The notes beneath the pieces were generated by a model. It was given only the letters and a program-made list of their open reading frames with translations, was not told the DNA's origin and searched no databases. Made by a program: the position numbers and the translations under genes. This document shows positions 8,928 through 18,720 of a stretch of 64,000 nt of DNA, piece by piece. Every line of letters starts with the position of its first letter. Position 1 is the first letter of the stretch. Source of the DNA: Clostridia bacterium (GTDB taxonomy: Bacteria; Bacillota; Clostridia; Oscillospirales; CAG-272); assembly GCA_017935065.1 (NCBI GenBank), contig JAGBIF010000012.1:623-64622 (forward strand), written 5' to 3'.

Positions 8928-9371
8928 TTAGTTTAAACGGCTTGGCTTATCATCGACAAGCGGTGTGTCGCTTGGCATATTTCCGCCACCGCCTTCACTG
9001 CCCTCGGTGCCACCGTTCTCGGTGCTGCCTTCACCGCCCGCATCGGGCGTGTCCGTAGGCGTGTCGGGCGTGTCCGTAGGCGTGTCGGGTGTGTCCGTAG
9101 GCGTGTCGGGTGTGTCCGTAGGCGTGTCGGGTGTGTCCGTAGGCGTGTCGGGTGTGTCCGTAGGTGTGCTCGGCGTGTCCTCGGGTGCGCTCGGGGTGTC
9201 AGCCTCGGTGTCTCCGTCCTCGCTCCCGTCGGGGGTGGGGGATGCGCCTTGCTCGGGGGCGTCGGTTTTGTCCTTATCGGGTGTATCACCCGTTTCACAA
9301 GCGCACAGTATAAAAAGGGCAGAGAGCGCTACGGTAAGTGCGAGAAATAAAATCAGGCATTTTTTCATCAT
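8928..9371 (-). CDS. Small acidic Pro/Thr/Asp-rich lipoprotein with tandem heptapeptide repeats
   Basis: MMKK + hydrophobic stretch + LCAC lipobox; TPTDTPD repeats; GGAG RBS; directly downstream of pheT. Confidence 0.7.
   Translation of the reverse strand: MMKKCLILFLALTVALSALFILCACETGDTPDKDKTDAPEQGASPTPDGSEDGDTEADTPSAPEDTPSTPTDTPDTPTDTPDTPTDTPDTPTDTPDTPTDTPDTPTDTPDAGGEGSTENGGTEGSEGGGGNMPSDTPLVDDKPSRLN
9043..9168. repeat. 21-bp tandem repeat, six copies (VNTR)
   Basis: TCGGGYGTGTCCGTAGGYGTG repeated six times with no spacers, plus a degenerate seventh copy; in frame in the lipoprotein. Confidence 0.95.
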
Positions 9372-9395
9372 AGTCTCTCCGTCCTTTCAAAAAAG

Positions 9396-11765
9396 TTATG
9401 CGTTGAATTTTACCCCAAGGGTATCAAAGCGCTCGGTGATTTCCCTCGTTATAGGCTCAAGCTCGCCTTTTGAGAGGGTACGCTCATCCGACGCGAAGGT
9501 GAAGCGAAGGGTAAGCGAGCATCCGTCGTCCGTCTCGTAGATATCCTGTACGGCTACCGAGCGAAGAAGCTCGCCCGCGCACTCGCCCGCAAGCTTTGTG
9601 AGGGCGGGGAAGTTAACCTCTGCAAGCGTTACCCTGAAGGTAAGGTCGATGTCGATCTCGGGGAACTTTGAGGGTGCCTGATAGACGGTTCTTTCCTTCT
9701 CGATAAGAGACACGAGCCCCGTATCGATCTCAAAGAATACCACCGCGCACTTCTTATCCACCGCCGAGCATACCTCGGGGTGCGCGGGCGCGATAAAGCC
9801 GACTGCCTTGCCGTCAAGCAAAATCTCATAGGTGTTCATAGGATGCTCAAAGCCGAAGCGTCCCAGAGAGGCGCGGTATTCGGGCGATTTGTGAAGCACA
9901 TCAGAGAACAGCTCCTCAACCGTTGAAAGCGCCTTCTTGAAGAGCGCCTCCTCACAAGAGACCCTTGAGAACAGCACCGCGCCGAGCTTCTTTCTCTCGT
10001 TGCAAAGACCGTTTTCAAGCAGGCCGTCTACGGTATGTCCTATCTCAAAGATGCCGAACTCCTGCGCGTACGCGCGGTTGCTCTTGGCAAACGAGAGCAG
10101 GGTGGGTATCATAGATACTCTTATATACTGATGGTCGGGGGTCTGCGCGTTTATAATACGCACGCCCTCGGGTGTCTTGATGTTAAGCTCCTTGTCCTTT
10201 GCGGTGTCCGACCAGATGTAGGAATGCACCTCGTGCATACGGTAGGATGCCACAAGCACGTCCTTCATCCTGTCCTCGTAGGATTTCTGCGTCTGCTCTC
10301 TTACGGGATAAATAGGGCTTACGGAGGTGCGGACGTCGAAGTTATCGTAACCGTAGATACGCGATATTTCCTCGATTACGTCTGCCTTTATCGTAACGTC
10401 CTTTGTCGCGCGGAAGGAGGGAACCGTTACCTTGAAGCTCTCCCCCTTGACGTCAACGCCAAAGCCAAGACCGTTAAGAGTGGTGGTAATAGTTTCGGTG
10501 GGGATATCTATACCCGTGTATCTGTCGACATAAGCCTTGTCGAACTCAAGCTCTATTTTGGGATACCTCTTTACATAGCAGTCGGTGAATGCCGAGATAA
10601 CGCGCACACCGCCGTCGCACTCAAGCAGAAGCGAGAGAAGTCTCTCGGTCGCAAATCGGCAAAGCTCGGGGTCGAGCATCTTCTCGTATCTCATAGAGGC
10701 ATCGGTACGAAGTCCGAGCTTCGTGGTGGTCTTGCGCACGCTTACGCCGTCAAAGGTCGCGCTCTCAAGCAAGAGTGATGTCGTGGTGTCCTCGATCTTT
10801 GACGAGTCACCGCCCATAACACCCGCGATAGCTACGGGCTCATCACCCGAGGTAATCATAAGCATGGTGTCGTCCATCTTTCTCTCAATACCGTCAAGAG
10901 TGGTAAAGGTGAAGGGCTTATCGAAGGTCTGCACCTCGATTTTGTCAACGCGGGCGAGGTCAAAGGCGTGCATAGGCTGACCGAGCTCAAGCATTACGTA
11001 GTTAGTAAGGTCGGCAAGAAGATTTATCGCGCGGCTTCCACAGTAGTAGAGCCTTATTCTCATATTGACAGGGCTTACCTTGCGGGTGATATTCTCAACC
11101 TTTATCGCGGTGTAGCGCCATACGAGGTCGGTTGCCTTCACCGACAGAGCGACCTCGGGAAGCGTCGAAAACGCCTCGGTGTCAAGCACCCTCGGTGCCT
11201 TGAGCGCACGGCCCGTAATGGTTGAAAACTCTCTTGCGATGCCGTAGTGTCCCCACAGGTCGGGGCGGTTGGTGAGCGACTTGTTGTCAACCTCAAAGAT
11301 AATATCGTCGATATCGTATACCGTCTTAAGGTCGGTGCCGAGCGGAATAGTCTCATCAAGGTCGATAATGCCAGAGTTGTCGTCGCTGATGCCAAGCTCT
11401 GCCTCAGAGCAGCACATACCGTGAGAGGCATAGCCCGCGATGGTAGCAGCGCCGATTTTGTTGCCCGAAACCGAGCCGCCCTCGGTAGCAAGCGCCACGT
11501 GCATGCCCTCTCTGACATTAGGCGCGCCGCATACGACGTCGATAACGCCGCTTCCCGTGTCAACCTTAAGCAGGTGAAGCTTCTTTGAGTTAGGATGATT
11601 TTCAACGCTAACTATTTTTGCCGCGATAACGCCATAGGTGTCCTCGCCCTTTACTATTATGTCCTCAACCTCGGCAGTCGAGAGAGTGAAATTCTTTATA
11701 AGCGCGACCTTGTCAAGCCCCGAGAGGTCGACGAAGTCGGAAATCCAATTCATTGATAAAAGCAT
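9396..11765 (-). CDS. pheT: Phenylalanine--tRNA ligase beta subunit
   Basis: VVCGAPNV, NRPDLWGHYGIARE, MLELGQPMHAFD, TDASMRYEK, DVIEEISRIYGY; follows pheS. Confidence 0.96.
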   Translation of the reverse strand: MLLSMNWISDFVDLSGLDKVALIKNFTLSTAEVEDIIVKGEDTYGVIAAKIVSVENHPNSKKLHLLKVDTGSGVIDVVCGAPNVREGMHVALATEGGSVSGNKIGAATIAGYASHGMCCSEAELGISDDNSGIIDLDETIPLGTDLKTVYDIDDIIFEVDNKSLTNRPDLWGHYGIAREFSTITGRALKAPRVLDTEAFSTLPEVALSVKATDLVWRYTAIKVENITRKVSPVNMRIRLYYCGSRAINLLADLTNYVMLELGQPMHAFDLARVDKIEVQTFDKPFTFTTLDGIERKMDDTMLMITSGDEPVAIAGVMGGDSSKIEDTTTSLLLESATFDGVSVRKTTTKLGLRTDASMRYEKMLDPELCRFATERLLSLLLECDGGVRVISAFTDCYVKRYPKIELEFDKAYVDRYTGIDIPTETITTTLNGLGFGVDVKGESFKVTVPSFRATKDVTIKADVIEEISRIYGYDNFDVRTSVSPIYPVREQTQKSYEDRMKDVLVASYRMHEVHSYIWSDTAKDKELNIKTPEGVRIINAQTPDHQYIRVSMIPTLLSFAKSNRAYAQEFGIFEIGHTVDGLLENGLCNERKKLGAVLFSRVSCEEALFKKALSTVEELFSDVLHKSPEYRASLGRFGFEHPMNTYEILLDGKAVGFIAPAHPEVCSAVDKKCAVVFFEIDTGLVSLIEKERTVYQAPSKFPEIDIDLTFRVTLAEVNFPALTKLAGECAGELLRSVAVQDIYETDDGCSLTLRFTFASDERTLSKGELEPITREITERFDTLGVKFNA

Positions 11766-11781
11766 TTTTGTCTACCCCCTC

Positions 11782-12804
11782 TTATATCGATTTGAACTGC
11801 GAGAGCGCCTTGAGGTCGCCCGAGTTAAAGTCGCGTATATCCTTGATGCCGTACTTCATCATCGCAAGTCTCGTAAGACCGAGACCGAAGGCAAAGCCCG
11901 TGTACTTGTCGGTATCAATTCCGCCCTCACGAAGCACATTGGGGTGTATCATACCGCAGGGGCAAAGCTCAAGCCAGCCCTCGCCCTTGCAGGACGGACA
12001 GCCCTCACCGCCGCATATAAGGCAGGAAATATCAAGCTCAAAGCCAGGCTCGACGAAGGGGAAGAAGCCAGGGCGAAGCCTTACCTTTATATCTCTCTTG
12101 AATACCTCGGAGAGCATTGTTTTCATAAAGTAAATGAGGTTGGATATCGAAATATCCTCGTCTATCATCATACCCTCCATCTGGAAGAAGGTGTTCTCGT
12201 GACAGGCGTCGGTGGACTCGTTTCTGAAGCATCTTCCTGGGAATATTGCGCGAAGGGGAGCGCCGTACTTCTTCATAATGGCATTCTGTGCAGCAGAGGT
12301 CTGCGTCTTGAGAAGCTGACCGTTGTCAAGGTAATAGGTGTCCTGCATATCGCGCGCGGGATGATGCTTGGGGATGTTGAGCGACTCAAAGCACTCGTAG
12401 TCGGTAACCACCTCGGAATAGTCCTCAATGGTAAAGCCCATCGTACGGAACGCCTCCTCAACCTCGCGTGTCGCAAGGGTTATGGGGTGATAGGAGCCAA
12501 GCTCGCGCTCAAAGCGAAGGCTGGGGTTGTACTTTTTAGCCGAGCGGATCTTCGCCTCAAGCTCTGCCTGACGAAGCTCCTCCTGCCTTTTCGTAATAGC
12601 GCCCTCAACCTCGTTTTTGAATATGTTGATGAGCATACCCGCGGTTTTCTTGTCGGCAGCATCGCGAAGTCCCGCCATAAGAGACGCCACGTGTCCCTTT
12701 TTGCCGAGATACTCGATCCTTATAGCCTCAAGGTCGTCCTTGCCGCCTGCCGAAAGAAGCTTTTCCTCAAAAGAGGACTTTAGTAAGTCAATTCTGTCCT
12801 TCAT
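11782..12804 (-). CDS. pheS: Phenylalanine--tRNA ligase alpha subunit
   Basis: HHPARDMQDTYY, GRCFRNE, FFPFVEP, GFAFGLGLTRLAM. Confidence 0.97.
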   Translation of the reverse strand: MKDRIDLLKSSFEEKLLSAGGKDDLEAIRIEYLGKKGHVASLMAGLRDAADKKTAGMLINIFKNEVEGAITKRQEELRQAELEAKIRSAKKYNPSLRFERELGSYHPITLATREVEEAFRTMGFTIEDYSEVVTDYECFESLNIPKHHPARDMQDTYYLDNGQLLKTQTSAAQNAIMKKYGAPLRAIFPGRCFRNESTDACHENTFFQMEGMMIDEDISISNLIYFMKTMLSEVFKRDIKVRLRPGFFPFVEPGFELDISCLICGGEGCPSCKGEGWLELCPCGMIHPNVLREGGIDTDKYTGFAFGLGLTRLAMMKYGIKDIRDFNSGDLKALSQFKSI

Positions 12805-12843
12805 TTTCTTTAGTCCTTAAAATAAAATTATTTAAACGAAAAT

Positions 12844-12872
12844 ATTATATATTATTTTTTGCCGTTTGTCAA
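12844..12872 (-). promoter_or_regulatory. Sigma-A promoter of pheS-pheT
   Basis: Minus strand TTGACA-17 nt-TATAAT, perfect consensus. Confidence 0.8.
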
Positions 12873-12879
12873 CAAAAAT

Positions 12880-13407
12880 TTAAAGCGACCTTATAGCCTC
12901 GATTACCGCCTCGGGTAAAAGCCCCGTGAGGTCGCCGCCCGAGCGGATAAGCTCCCTCACCTTAGTTGAGCTTACCTCGGTGAGCGCCTCGCTTGCGGGA
13001 AGCAGCACGGTATCGTAGCCGCCCATTTTCTTATTCCACTCCGCCATCTCGCATTCGTACTTATAGTCGGCATCGTTTCGGTAGCCCTTGACTATCGTCT
13101 CAATTCCGTGGTCCCGCATATAGTCAATAACCAGCCCCGATGAATAGCTCACAAGGCAGTTGTCAATATCGTCCGTCGCGAGCATAAGCATTCTCACCCT
13201 GTCCGAAAGCGAGAAGGTATAGGTCTTTTTCGGGTTGACGAAGATTACCGCGTATACCTCGTCATACTCTTTTGCGGCGCGCCTTATAATATCAAGATGT
13301 CCGAGCGTAACGGGGTCGAAGCTTCCTGGTACTATCGCGGTGCGAGGCTTTATACTCGGCTCATCAAGCTCGGGGTCGTTTCTGTATTTTTCATTAATAT
13401 CGGTCAT
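12880..13407 (-). CDS. coaD: Pantetheine-phosphate adenylyltransferase
   Basis: PGSFDPVTLGHLDII, VSSTKVRE; start placed at the ATG 13407 behind GAAAGG (ORF track extends to 13437). Confidence 0.93.
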   Translation of the reverse strand: MTDINEKYRNDPELDEPSIKPRTAIVPGSFDPVTLGHLDIIRRAAKEYDEVYAVIFVNPKKTYTFSLSDRVRMLMLATDDIDNCLVSYSSGLVIDYMRDHGIETIVKGYRNDADYKYECEMAEWNKKMGGYDTVLLPASEALTEVSSTKVRELIRSGGDLTGLLPEAVIEAIRSL

Positions 13408-13503
13408 TTTTCTAACCTTTCTTTGCATATCCTGCACTTTCGGTGCTATCTCGCACGGTATTGTAAATGTAAAGCGCCGAGAAGTTGTAAGAGAAATTTA
13501 AAA

Positions 13504-14070
13504 TTATTCCTTCGCCCCACGGTAGAGCAAAATCAAGAGGAAGGTCTTTTTACCGTAGTGAGTATCCTTTATCACCTCAAAGTCCGTGAGGGCTTTAGTG
13601 TCAATTTTCTCCTCGCCCCCCTCGATGCAGACTATAGCACCCTCGCGAAGCATACCCGCCTCGGCAAGACGGCGCACCGCATCGCAGGCACACTCATTCT
13701 TATAGGGCGGGTCGATAAAGACGAGGTCAAACACATCCCGTCCCGACGCCTTCCTTATATAATTTCTGTAGTCCGAGACAAGATACTTTGACACACCGAA
13801 GAAGCCCGTGATACGCGCGTTTTCCTTGACTGTCTCAATAGCCTCGCGCGAGGCATCTATAAAGGTACATCCCGATGCGCCCCGCGAGAGTGCCTCAAGC
13901 CCAAGTCCGCCCGAGCCCGCGAAAAGGTCAAGCACGCGCCTGTTCTCTATATCAAACTGAATTGAGGAAAAGAGTGCCTCCTTAACCCTTGACGAGGTCG
14001 GCCTCGTAGCCTCGCCCTCAAGAGTTTTCAGTACCTTTCCCTTTGCCACGCCTGTTATAATTTTTAACAT
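13504..14070 (-). CDS. rsmD: 16S rRNA (guanine966-N2)-methyltransferase
   Basis: TRPTSSRVKEALF, LDLFAGSG, IDPPY; usual rsmD-coaD order. Confidence 0.93.
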   Translation of the reverse strand: MLKIITGVAKGKVLKTLEGEATRPTSSRVKEALFSSIQFDIENRRVLDLFAGSGGLGLEALSRGASGCTFIDASREAIETVKENARITGFFGVSKYLVSDYRNYIRKASGRDVFDLVFIDPPYKNECACDAVRRLAEAGMLREGAIVCIEGGEEKIDTKALTDFEVIKDTHYGKKTFLLILLYRGAKE

Positions 14071-14079
14071 ACCCTTCTC

Positions 14080-15909
14080 CTATATAGGATTTTTATCCCT
14101 GAAGTATTTTACTATCGCCTCGGCTGTCGTTTTGCTTATACCCTGGACCTCGCAAAGCATTTCCGCCGTGAGGGTGGGAAGCTCTGAAAGCTTATATCTT
14201 TTGAGAATGGCCTTTGCCCGCGCGGGACCGACACCCTCTATTTCCTGAAGCGTCGAGCGGGTGAGCGATTTCGTCTTTGCCCTTTGCGATGCGGTATATG
14301 CGAAGCGGTGCGCCTCCTCCTGTATTCTGTATATCAGCGAGTACACACCAAGCTCCTGCGCGATAGATATTTCCCGCACCCCGTCGGTTATCGCGCGCGT
14401 CTTGTGGAAGTCATCCTTTACCATACCGAATACGGGTATATCAAGCTCGGCCTCCTTGATTATGGGAAGCACAGCTCCCACGTGGGTGTCACCTCCGTCA
14501 AGCAGTATGAGGTCGGGCACAGAGCCGAGCGAGCCGTCCTCACCGCCGATATGCGATATTCTTCGGGTTATAGCCTCGCGCATAGAGGCGTAATCGTCCC
14601 TTTTATCAACCGTTTCCATCTTAAAGAGGCGGTAGTCGCTCTTTTTCATTTTTCCGCCCGAATAGACCACCATTGAGGCGGTGATATGCTCGTCACCGAT
14701 ATTGGATATATCGTATGCCTCAATGCGCTCGGGCGGGTGGGGAAGCGAGAGAAGCGACGCTAGCCTTGCGAGGTTTTTGTCCTCGCGCTCACCGTCAAGA
14801 AGATACTGCCGCTCGGCCTCTATTGCGTTCTTTTTGCAAAGCTCAAGAAGCGCGCGCCCCTCACCGCGCTCACCGCGCCTTACGGCTACCCTGCGCCCAG
14901 CGATAAGCGAGAGATATTCAGAAAGAAGTGCCTCGTCATCCGCATCAAGCTCAAGGTCGACAAGCACCTCGCGCGGCAGGTCCTCAATGCCGTCATAGTA
15001 GTCGGCAATAAGAGATACCGCCTCATCACTGCCGATAAGCTCACCGCCCGTCAGGATAAGCTCGTGCTTTCTTACGACCGCGCCCTCTCTTACCGTGAGC
15101 GTTGCCATAACACCGACACTGCCCTCGGTATAGATTGAAAAGGCATCGCGGCTCACCCTGGCATCCGAGACGACGTGCTGCTTCTCGCGAAGCCTCATCA
15201 GCGCGTTTATCTTGTCGCGAAGGTCGATGGCGCGCTCAAATTCAAGCGCCTCGGATGCCTCGTTCATACGCTCGGTAAGCTCGGCAACCGTCCTTTGAAT
15301 ATTACCGCCAAGCACCTTTTCGGCACCGCGTATAAGCTCGCGGTAGCTCTCGACGGCAACACCGCCCGCGCAGGGGGCTATGCATCTTCCCATATCGCGG
15401 TAGATGCAGGGGCGCTCCTTGCCGATGTCGCGCGGAAAACTGCGCTTACAGGTCGGCAGGGTGAAGATGCGCTTTATCACCTCAAGGGCGTCGTATGCAC
15501 TGCCCGCGCTCTGATAGGGGCCGAAGTATTTTGAGCCGTCGGATTTCCTTTCCCTCGTCACAAAAATCATAGGATAGTCGCCCGAGGTGACCTTTATATA
15601 GGGATAGCTCTTCGAGTCCTTAAGACGGATATTGTACTTCGGAAGATGCTTTTTGATAAGCACATTCTCAAGCGTGAGAGCCTCCATCTCGGTCTTGCAG
15701 AGGAAGAAATCAAAATCGTATATCTGCGATACGAGCCTTGCCGTCTTGGGATGCTTGTGGTTTTGAAGAAAATAGCTGCTGACGCGCATCTTAAGACGCT
15801 TTGATTTTCCGACGTAAATTACCGCGCCACCCTCGTTTTTCATTATATAGACACCAGGTGTCTCGGGTAGGGATGCGGCCTTTTTGCGAAGATAGCTTAA
15901 CCTTTCCAT
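14080..15909 (-). CDS. uvrC: Excinuclease ABC subunit C
   Basis: GIY-YIG PGVYIMK..IYVGKS, IEAYDISN, LILLDGG, EEAHRFA, C-terminal HhH. Confidence 0.96.
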   Translation of the reverse strand: MERLSYLRKKAASLPETPGVYIMKNEGGAVIYVGKSKRLKMRVSSYFLQNHKHPKTARLVSQIYDFDFFLCKTEMEALTLENVLIKKHLPKYNIRLKDSKSYPYIKVTSGDYPMIFVTRERKSDGSKYFGPYQSAGSAYDALEVIKRIFTLPTCKRSFPRDIGKERPCIYRDMGRCIAPCAGGVAVESYRELIRGAEKVLGGNIQRTVAELTERMNEASEALEFERAIDLRDKINALMRLREKQHVVSDARVSRDAFSIYTEGSVGVMATLTVREGAVVRKHELILTGGELIGSDEAVSLIADYYDGIEDLPREVLVDLELDADDEALLSEYLSLIAGRRVAVRRGERGEGRALLELCKKNAIEAERQYLLDGEREDKNLARLASLLSLPHPPERIEAYDISNIGDEHITASMVVYSGGKMKKSDYRLFKMETVDKRDDYASMREAITRRISHIGGEDGSLGSVPDLILLDGGDTHVGAVLPIIKEAELDIPVFGMVKDDFHKTRAITDGVREISIAQELGVYSLIYRIQEEAHRFAYTASQRAKTKSLTRSTLQEIEGVGPARAKAILKRYKLSELPTLTAEMLCEVQGISKTTAEAIVKYFRDKNPI

Positions 15910-15946
15910 ATGTCAGAGCAGCTCCTTTCTTCGGGATTTGATAAAG

Positions 15947-15988
15947 ATAAAAGAGGCCGAGCGCAGGGGGCTGCTCAGCCTCTTTTAT
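15947..15988 (-). terminator. Intrinsic terminator after the HPr-like gene
   Basis: ATAAAAGAGGC...GCCTCTTTTAT inverted repeat immediately after the stop codon. Confidence 0.65.
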
Positions 15989-15997
15989 TGTAATGTG

Positions 15998-16261
15998 TCA
16001 ACCGTTTGCCCCGCTGTCGATAAGCTCGGCAAGACCGAGAGCAGCCTCTTCCTCGTCATCACCGTCGGCAATAATGGTAATTTTAGTTCCCATGCTGATG
16101 CCGAGGGAGAGAACGCCGAGAAGACTTTTTGCGCTGACTCTGCAATCGTCCTTCTCGATCCAGATTGAGCTGTTGTAGCTGTTTGCCTTTCTTATGAACA
16201 GGGACGCAGGACCTGCGTAAAGTCCTGCACCGTTCTTCATTGTTACGGTGCGAGTGATCAT
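15998..16261 (-). CDS. HPr-family phosphocarrier-like protein lacking His15 (Crh-like)
   Basis: 87 aa; GLYAGPA in place of GLHARPA; AKS46LLGVLSLG retained; ADGDDEEEA. Confidence 0.88.
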   Translation of the reverse strand: MITRTVTMKNGAGLYAGPASLFIRKANSYNSSIWIEKDDCRVSAKSLLGVLSLGISMGTKITIIADGDDEEEAALGLAELIDSGANG

Positions 16262-16363
16262 AGGATTTTACCCCTCAAATTATAATATTACAGTAAGTAT
16301 ATCAAATAAAGTACAAAAAATCAATAGAGAATTTAAAAAAATTTCAAAGAAAAATAATTTTTT

Positions 16364-16798
16364 TTAGGAATTCTCTTTATTTTCAGCCATCTGTTGCGGG
16401 GCGGATACGCATCGGGCGTCAGCTTCTCTTGAAAACTCTATTCTCAATATCCTTCCGAACAGCGGTTTGTCACCGACATAAAGCTCAAGAGGTTGGTTTT
16501 TCGCAAGCAGGCGCCCGCCCTCGTGCATATAGCCCGCCTCGCACATTCTGCCCCGCGCGATTAGCACCGCACAGTCATTTCTCTTTTCTGTAAGGACGAA
16601 GGCAAAGCGCCCCTCGGCTATAGCCTCTGCCCCACAGGATAGCTCATTGAGCTCTGTGAGCGAGCTGTTGTCGGGGGTTAAGAAAACGGTGAGGGTGCCG
16701 TAGTGCGGGGTACCGATATCCTTGTCCGTAAGCTTAAGCAACGGGAGTGCGCATACCGAGACAACGAAAAGAAGCGCCAGAGTGTCAAATTTATTCAT
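16364..16798 (-). CDS. Hypothetical membrane-anchored protein, possibly a divergent DUF4330-like protein
   Basis: ATG at 16798 overlaps the stop of the upstream ORF; N-terminal NKFD + hydrophobic helix. Confidence 0.4.
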   Translation of the reverse strand: MNKFDTLALLFVVSVCALPLLKLTDKDIGTPHYGTLTVFLTPDNSSLTELNELSCGAEAIAEGRFAFVLTEKRNDCAVLIARGRMCEAGYMHEGGRLLAKNQPLELYVGDKPLFGRILRIEFSREADARCVSAPQQMAENKENS

Positions 16799-17150
16799 AT
16801 ACACACACCTCCTCGGCTTCAATAAAAACATACGGGGTTCTCACCGCCCGCGTGTACCGCAGTCTGCGCACGGCATCAAGCGTCAGGGTGAGCCTCACAC
16901 CGCCCGTAGCCCCCTCGCTTGCTAATGAGCTTATTACACCCACCTGCCTTCCCGTCGCGCAGTCAAACACCTTATCACCCACCGAGACGCACTCGGCGAA
17001 TTCATATTTCATACACTTTGCCCTAATAACTATTTTCCCATTATATTCCTCACCCCCAAAAAGGGTGAATTTCACGAGGGCTAGGGCAAGCAAGAGCAGA
17101 GCTATCAGCGAAAATATTATAAAAAAATCAACGAGCGTTAACCTTTTCAT
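16791..17150 (-). CDS. Hypothetical membrane-anchored protein, possibly DUF4330-like and short
   Basis: GAAAGG RBS, MKRLTLVDFFII + TM helix, VGDKVFD..TG..VGVI; follows an O-antigen ligase-like gene. Confidence 0.45.
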   Translation of the reverse strand: MKRLTLVDFFIIFSLIALLLLALALVKFTLFGGEEYNGKIVIRAKCMKYEFAECVSVGDKVFDCATGRQVGVISSLASEGATGGVRLTLTLDAVRRLRYTRAVRTPYVFIEAEEVCVYE

Positions 17151-17196
17151 GCGCACTGTACCTTTCAATTCTGACAATCAATATTTACATATAAGG

Positions 17197-18720
17197 CTAA
17201 ATATTCCGTATTCTTATTGATATATCACATTCTGTAGGTGAGAGCTTTTTTTGATAACCGTCACTTTCATCTATACACCCCTCTGTCATCACAGAGGATA
17301 GCACACCGAGGACTGTAAAGAAAAGAAATACCGAGTGCGGCGCAAAGAAAATGTTATCAAAAAGACCAAAGACAAGCACCGAAAGCACACCCGAAATAAG
17401 ACCTGACATTATACAGTCGTTAGAAGCGCGCGACCGCCCCGAAAAATAGCTTACCGAAAGCTTCAGCAGAAGGTAGAGCATATAGATAAAGGCAATAAGG
17501 GCGAGGGCACCGCCCTCAAGCGCTATTTGTAAAAGCGTATTGTGACAGTGCGGTGCGAAAACTCCGCCCTCGGCATACTCGGCATACACCTCGCAAAAGC
17601 GCGTCTGCCCTACACCGATACCGAGAGGAAGGGTGTCCTTAAGCATAAAATACGCCGAGCGAAGAAGCGAAAGCCTTGAGGATACCGAGCCGTCAGCGGG
17701 ATTAAAGGCGCTAAGGAGCCTCGCTATAAACCCGCCCCCGATACCGAAGGCAAGTAAGGGCGGCAGGATAAGCAAAAGCCACTTGAGTGCCTCCCGCCTC
17801 ATAATTAAAATGAGAAGCAAGGCACCGATAATAAACGCGATATACGCCCCTCTCGTATAGGTCAGTAAAAGACACAGGCCGTTTAGTAAAAAGGCAAGAA
17901 TATAGCAGTACCGTCTGCCCCCGCCCGAGCTCTTAAGAACGGTGGCAAGCGCCGTGAGGGTTACGGTGAGAAGATACACCGAAAGTATATTTGGATTTGA
18001 GAAGGCACCCGTCAGTCTTGGAAAAAGCCCCGAGGTATTTGCGTCAAGCCATTGCTCGTGAATTTTGGGGTGAAGAAAGAAATCGATCAGCGAAAGTGCC
18101 GAATGAAGCGAGGATGAGAGGGTGAGCATATCCGAAAATGCCTGTGTCTGACTCGGTGTCACCACCGCACGCGATGCGGTGAAATAGGAAAGAAGCGAGA
18201 AGAAAAATATCAGCGAGCTAATAAAAGAGGAAAAGCCAAAGAGTATACCCATAAGAAGATAAATCGTGCCAAGGGCGCCCACAGCAAGGTCAAGCGGGGT
18301 GAGTGGGGCTTTTCTGCCCGTACAAGGCATCAGTAAAACGCAAAGGACCGACGACACTGCAAGATACTGTGCAGAGTGTCCGAGCACGACGGCAAGAGGA
18401 AGAAGAAATACGCTGAGCATATGCGTCAGGTATGCCGAGCGCGTGTATATCGCGAAAAGCGCGAGCGCGAAAACAGGCAAAAACCGCACGGGCAGGAAAA
18501 GGGGCGCGAGAAATAAAAAAGCACCCGAGAATATAAACCTCGCCTGCCACCGCAGGCGGTAGCCGACCTCCCCTGTTCCAAGGGGCGCTCTGTCGGTCGG
18601 ATTTCCGATGCGGAAAATGCTCGTGAAGTAATTCTCGGGTGAATTTATATAAAGAATATGGCGTCCAGGGGGATGAGAGGGAAGCGCTCGCCTTAAGAAT
18701 CGGCATATCCCCGACAGCAC
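17197..18720 (-). CDS. O-antigen ligase/polymerase (Wzy_C/WaaL) family membrane protein
   Basis: RLTGAFSNPNILSVYL, LLLTYTRGAY, GIGVG, HCHNTLLQIALEGG; many TM segments; true start uncertain because the frame stays open upstream. Confidence 0.8.
   Translation of the reverse strand: MLSGICRFLRRALPSHPPGRHILYINSPENYFTSIFRIGNPTDRAPLGTGEVGYRLRWQARFIFSGAFLFLAPLFLPVRFLPVFALALFAIYTRSAYLTHMLSVFLLPLAVVLGHSAQYLAVSSVLCVLLMPCTGRKAPLTPLDLAVGALGTIYLLMGILFGFSSFISSLIFFFSLLSYFTASRAVVTPSQTQAFSDMLTLSSSLHSALSLIDFFLHPKIHEQWLDANTSGLFPRLTGAFSNPNILSVYLLTVTLTALATVLKSSGGGRRYCYILAFLLNGLCLLLTYTRGAYIAFIIGALLLILIMRREALKWLLLILPPLLAFGIGGGFIARLLSAFNPADGSVSSRLSLLRSAYFMLKDTLPLGIGVGQTRFCEVYAEYAEGGVFAPHCHNTLLQIALEGGALALIAFIYMLYLLLKLSVSYFSGRSRASNDCIMSGLISGVLSVLVFGLFDNIFFAPHSVFLFFTVLGVLSSVMTEGCIDESDGYQKKLSPTECDISIRIRNI

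Noticed and set aside
9043-9168. CRISPR array
   Set aside because: Contiguous 21-bp repeats without unique spacers, in frame in a CDS; no cas genes.
11638-12783. 381-aa plus-strand ORF
   Set aside because: Antisense shadow of pheS/pheT; no motifs or RBS.
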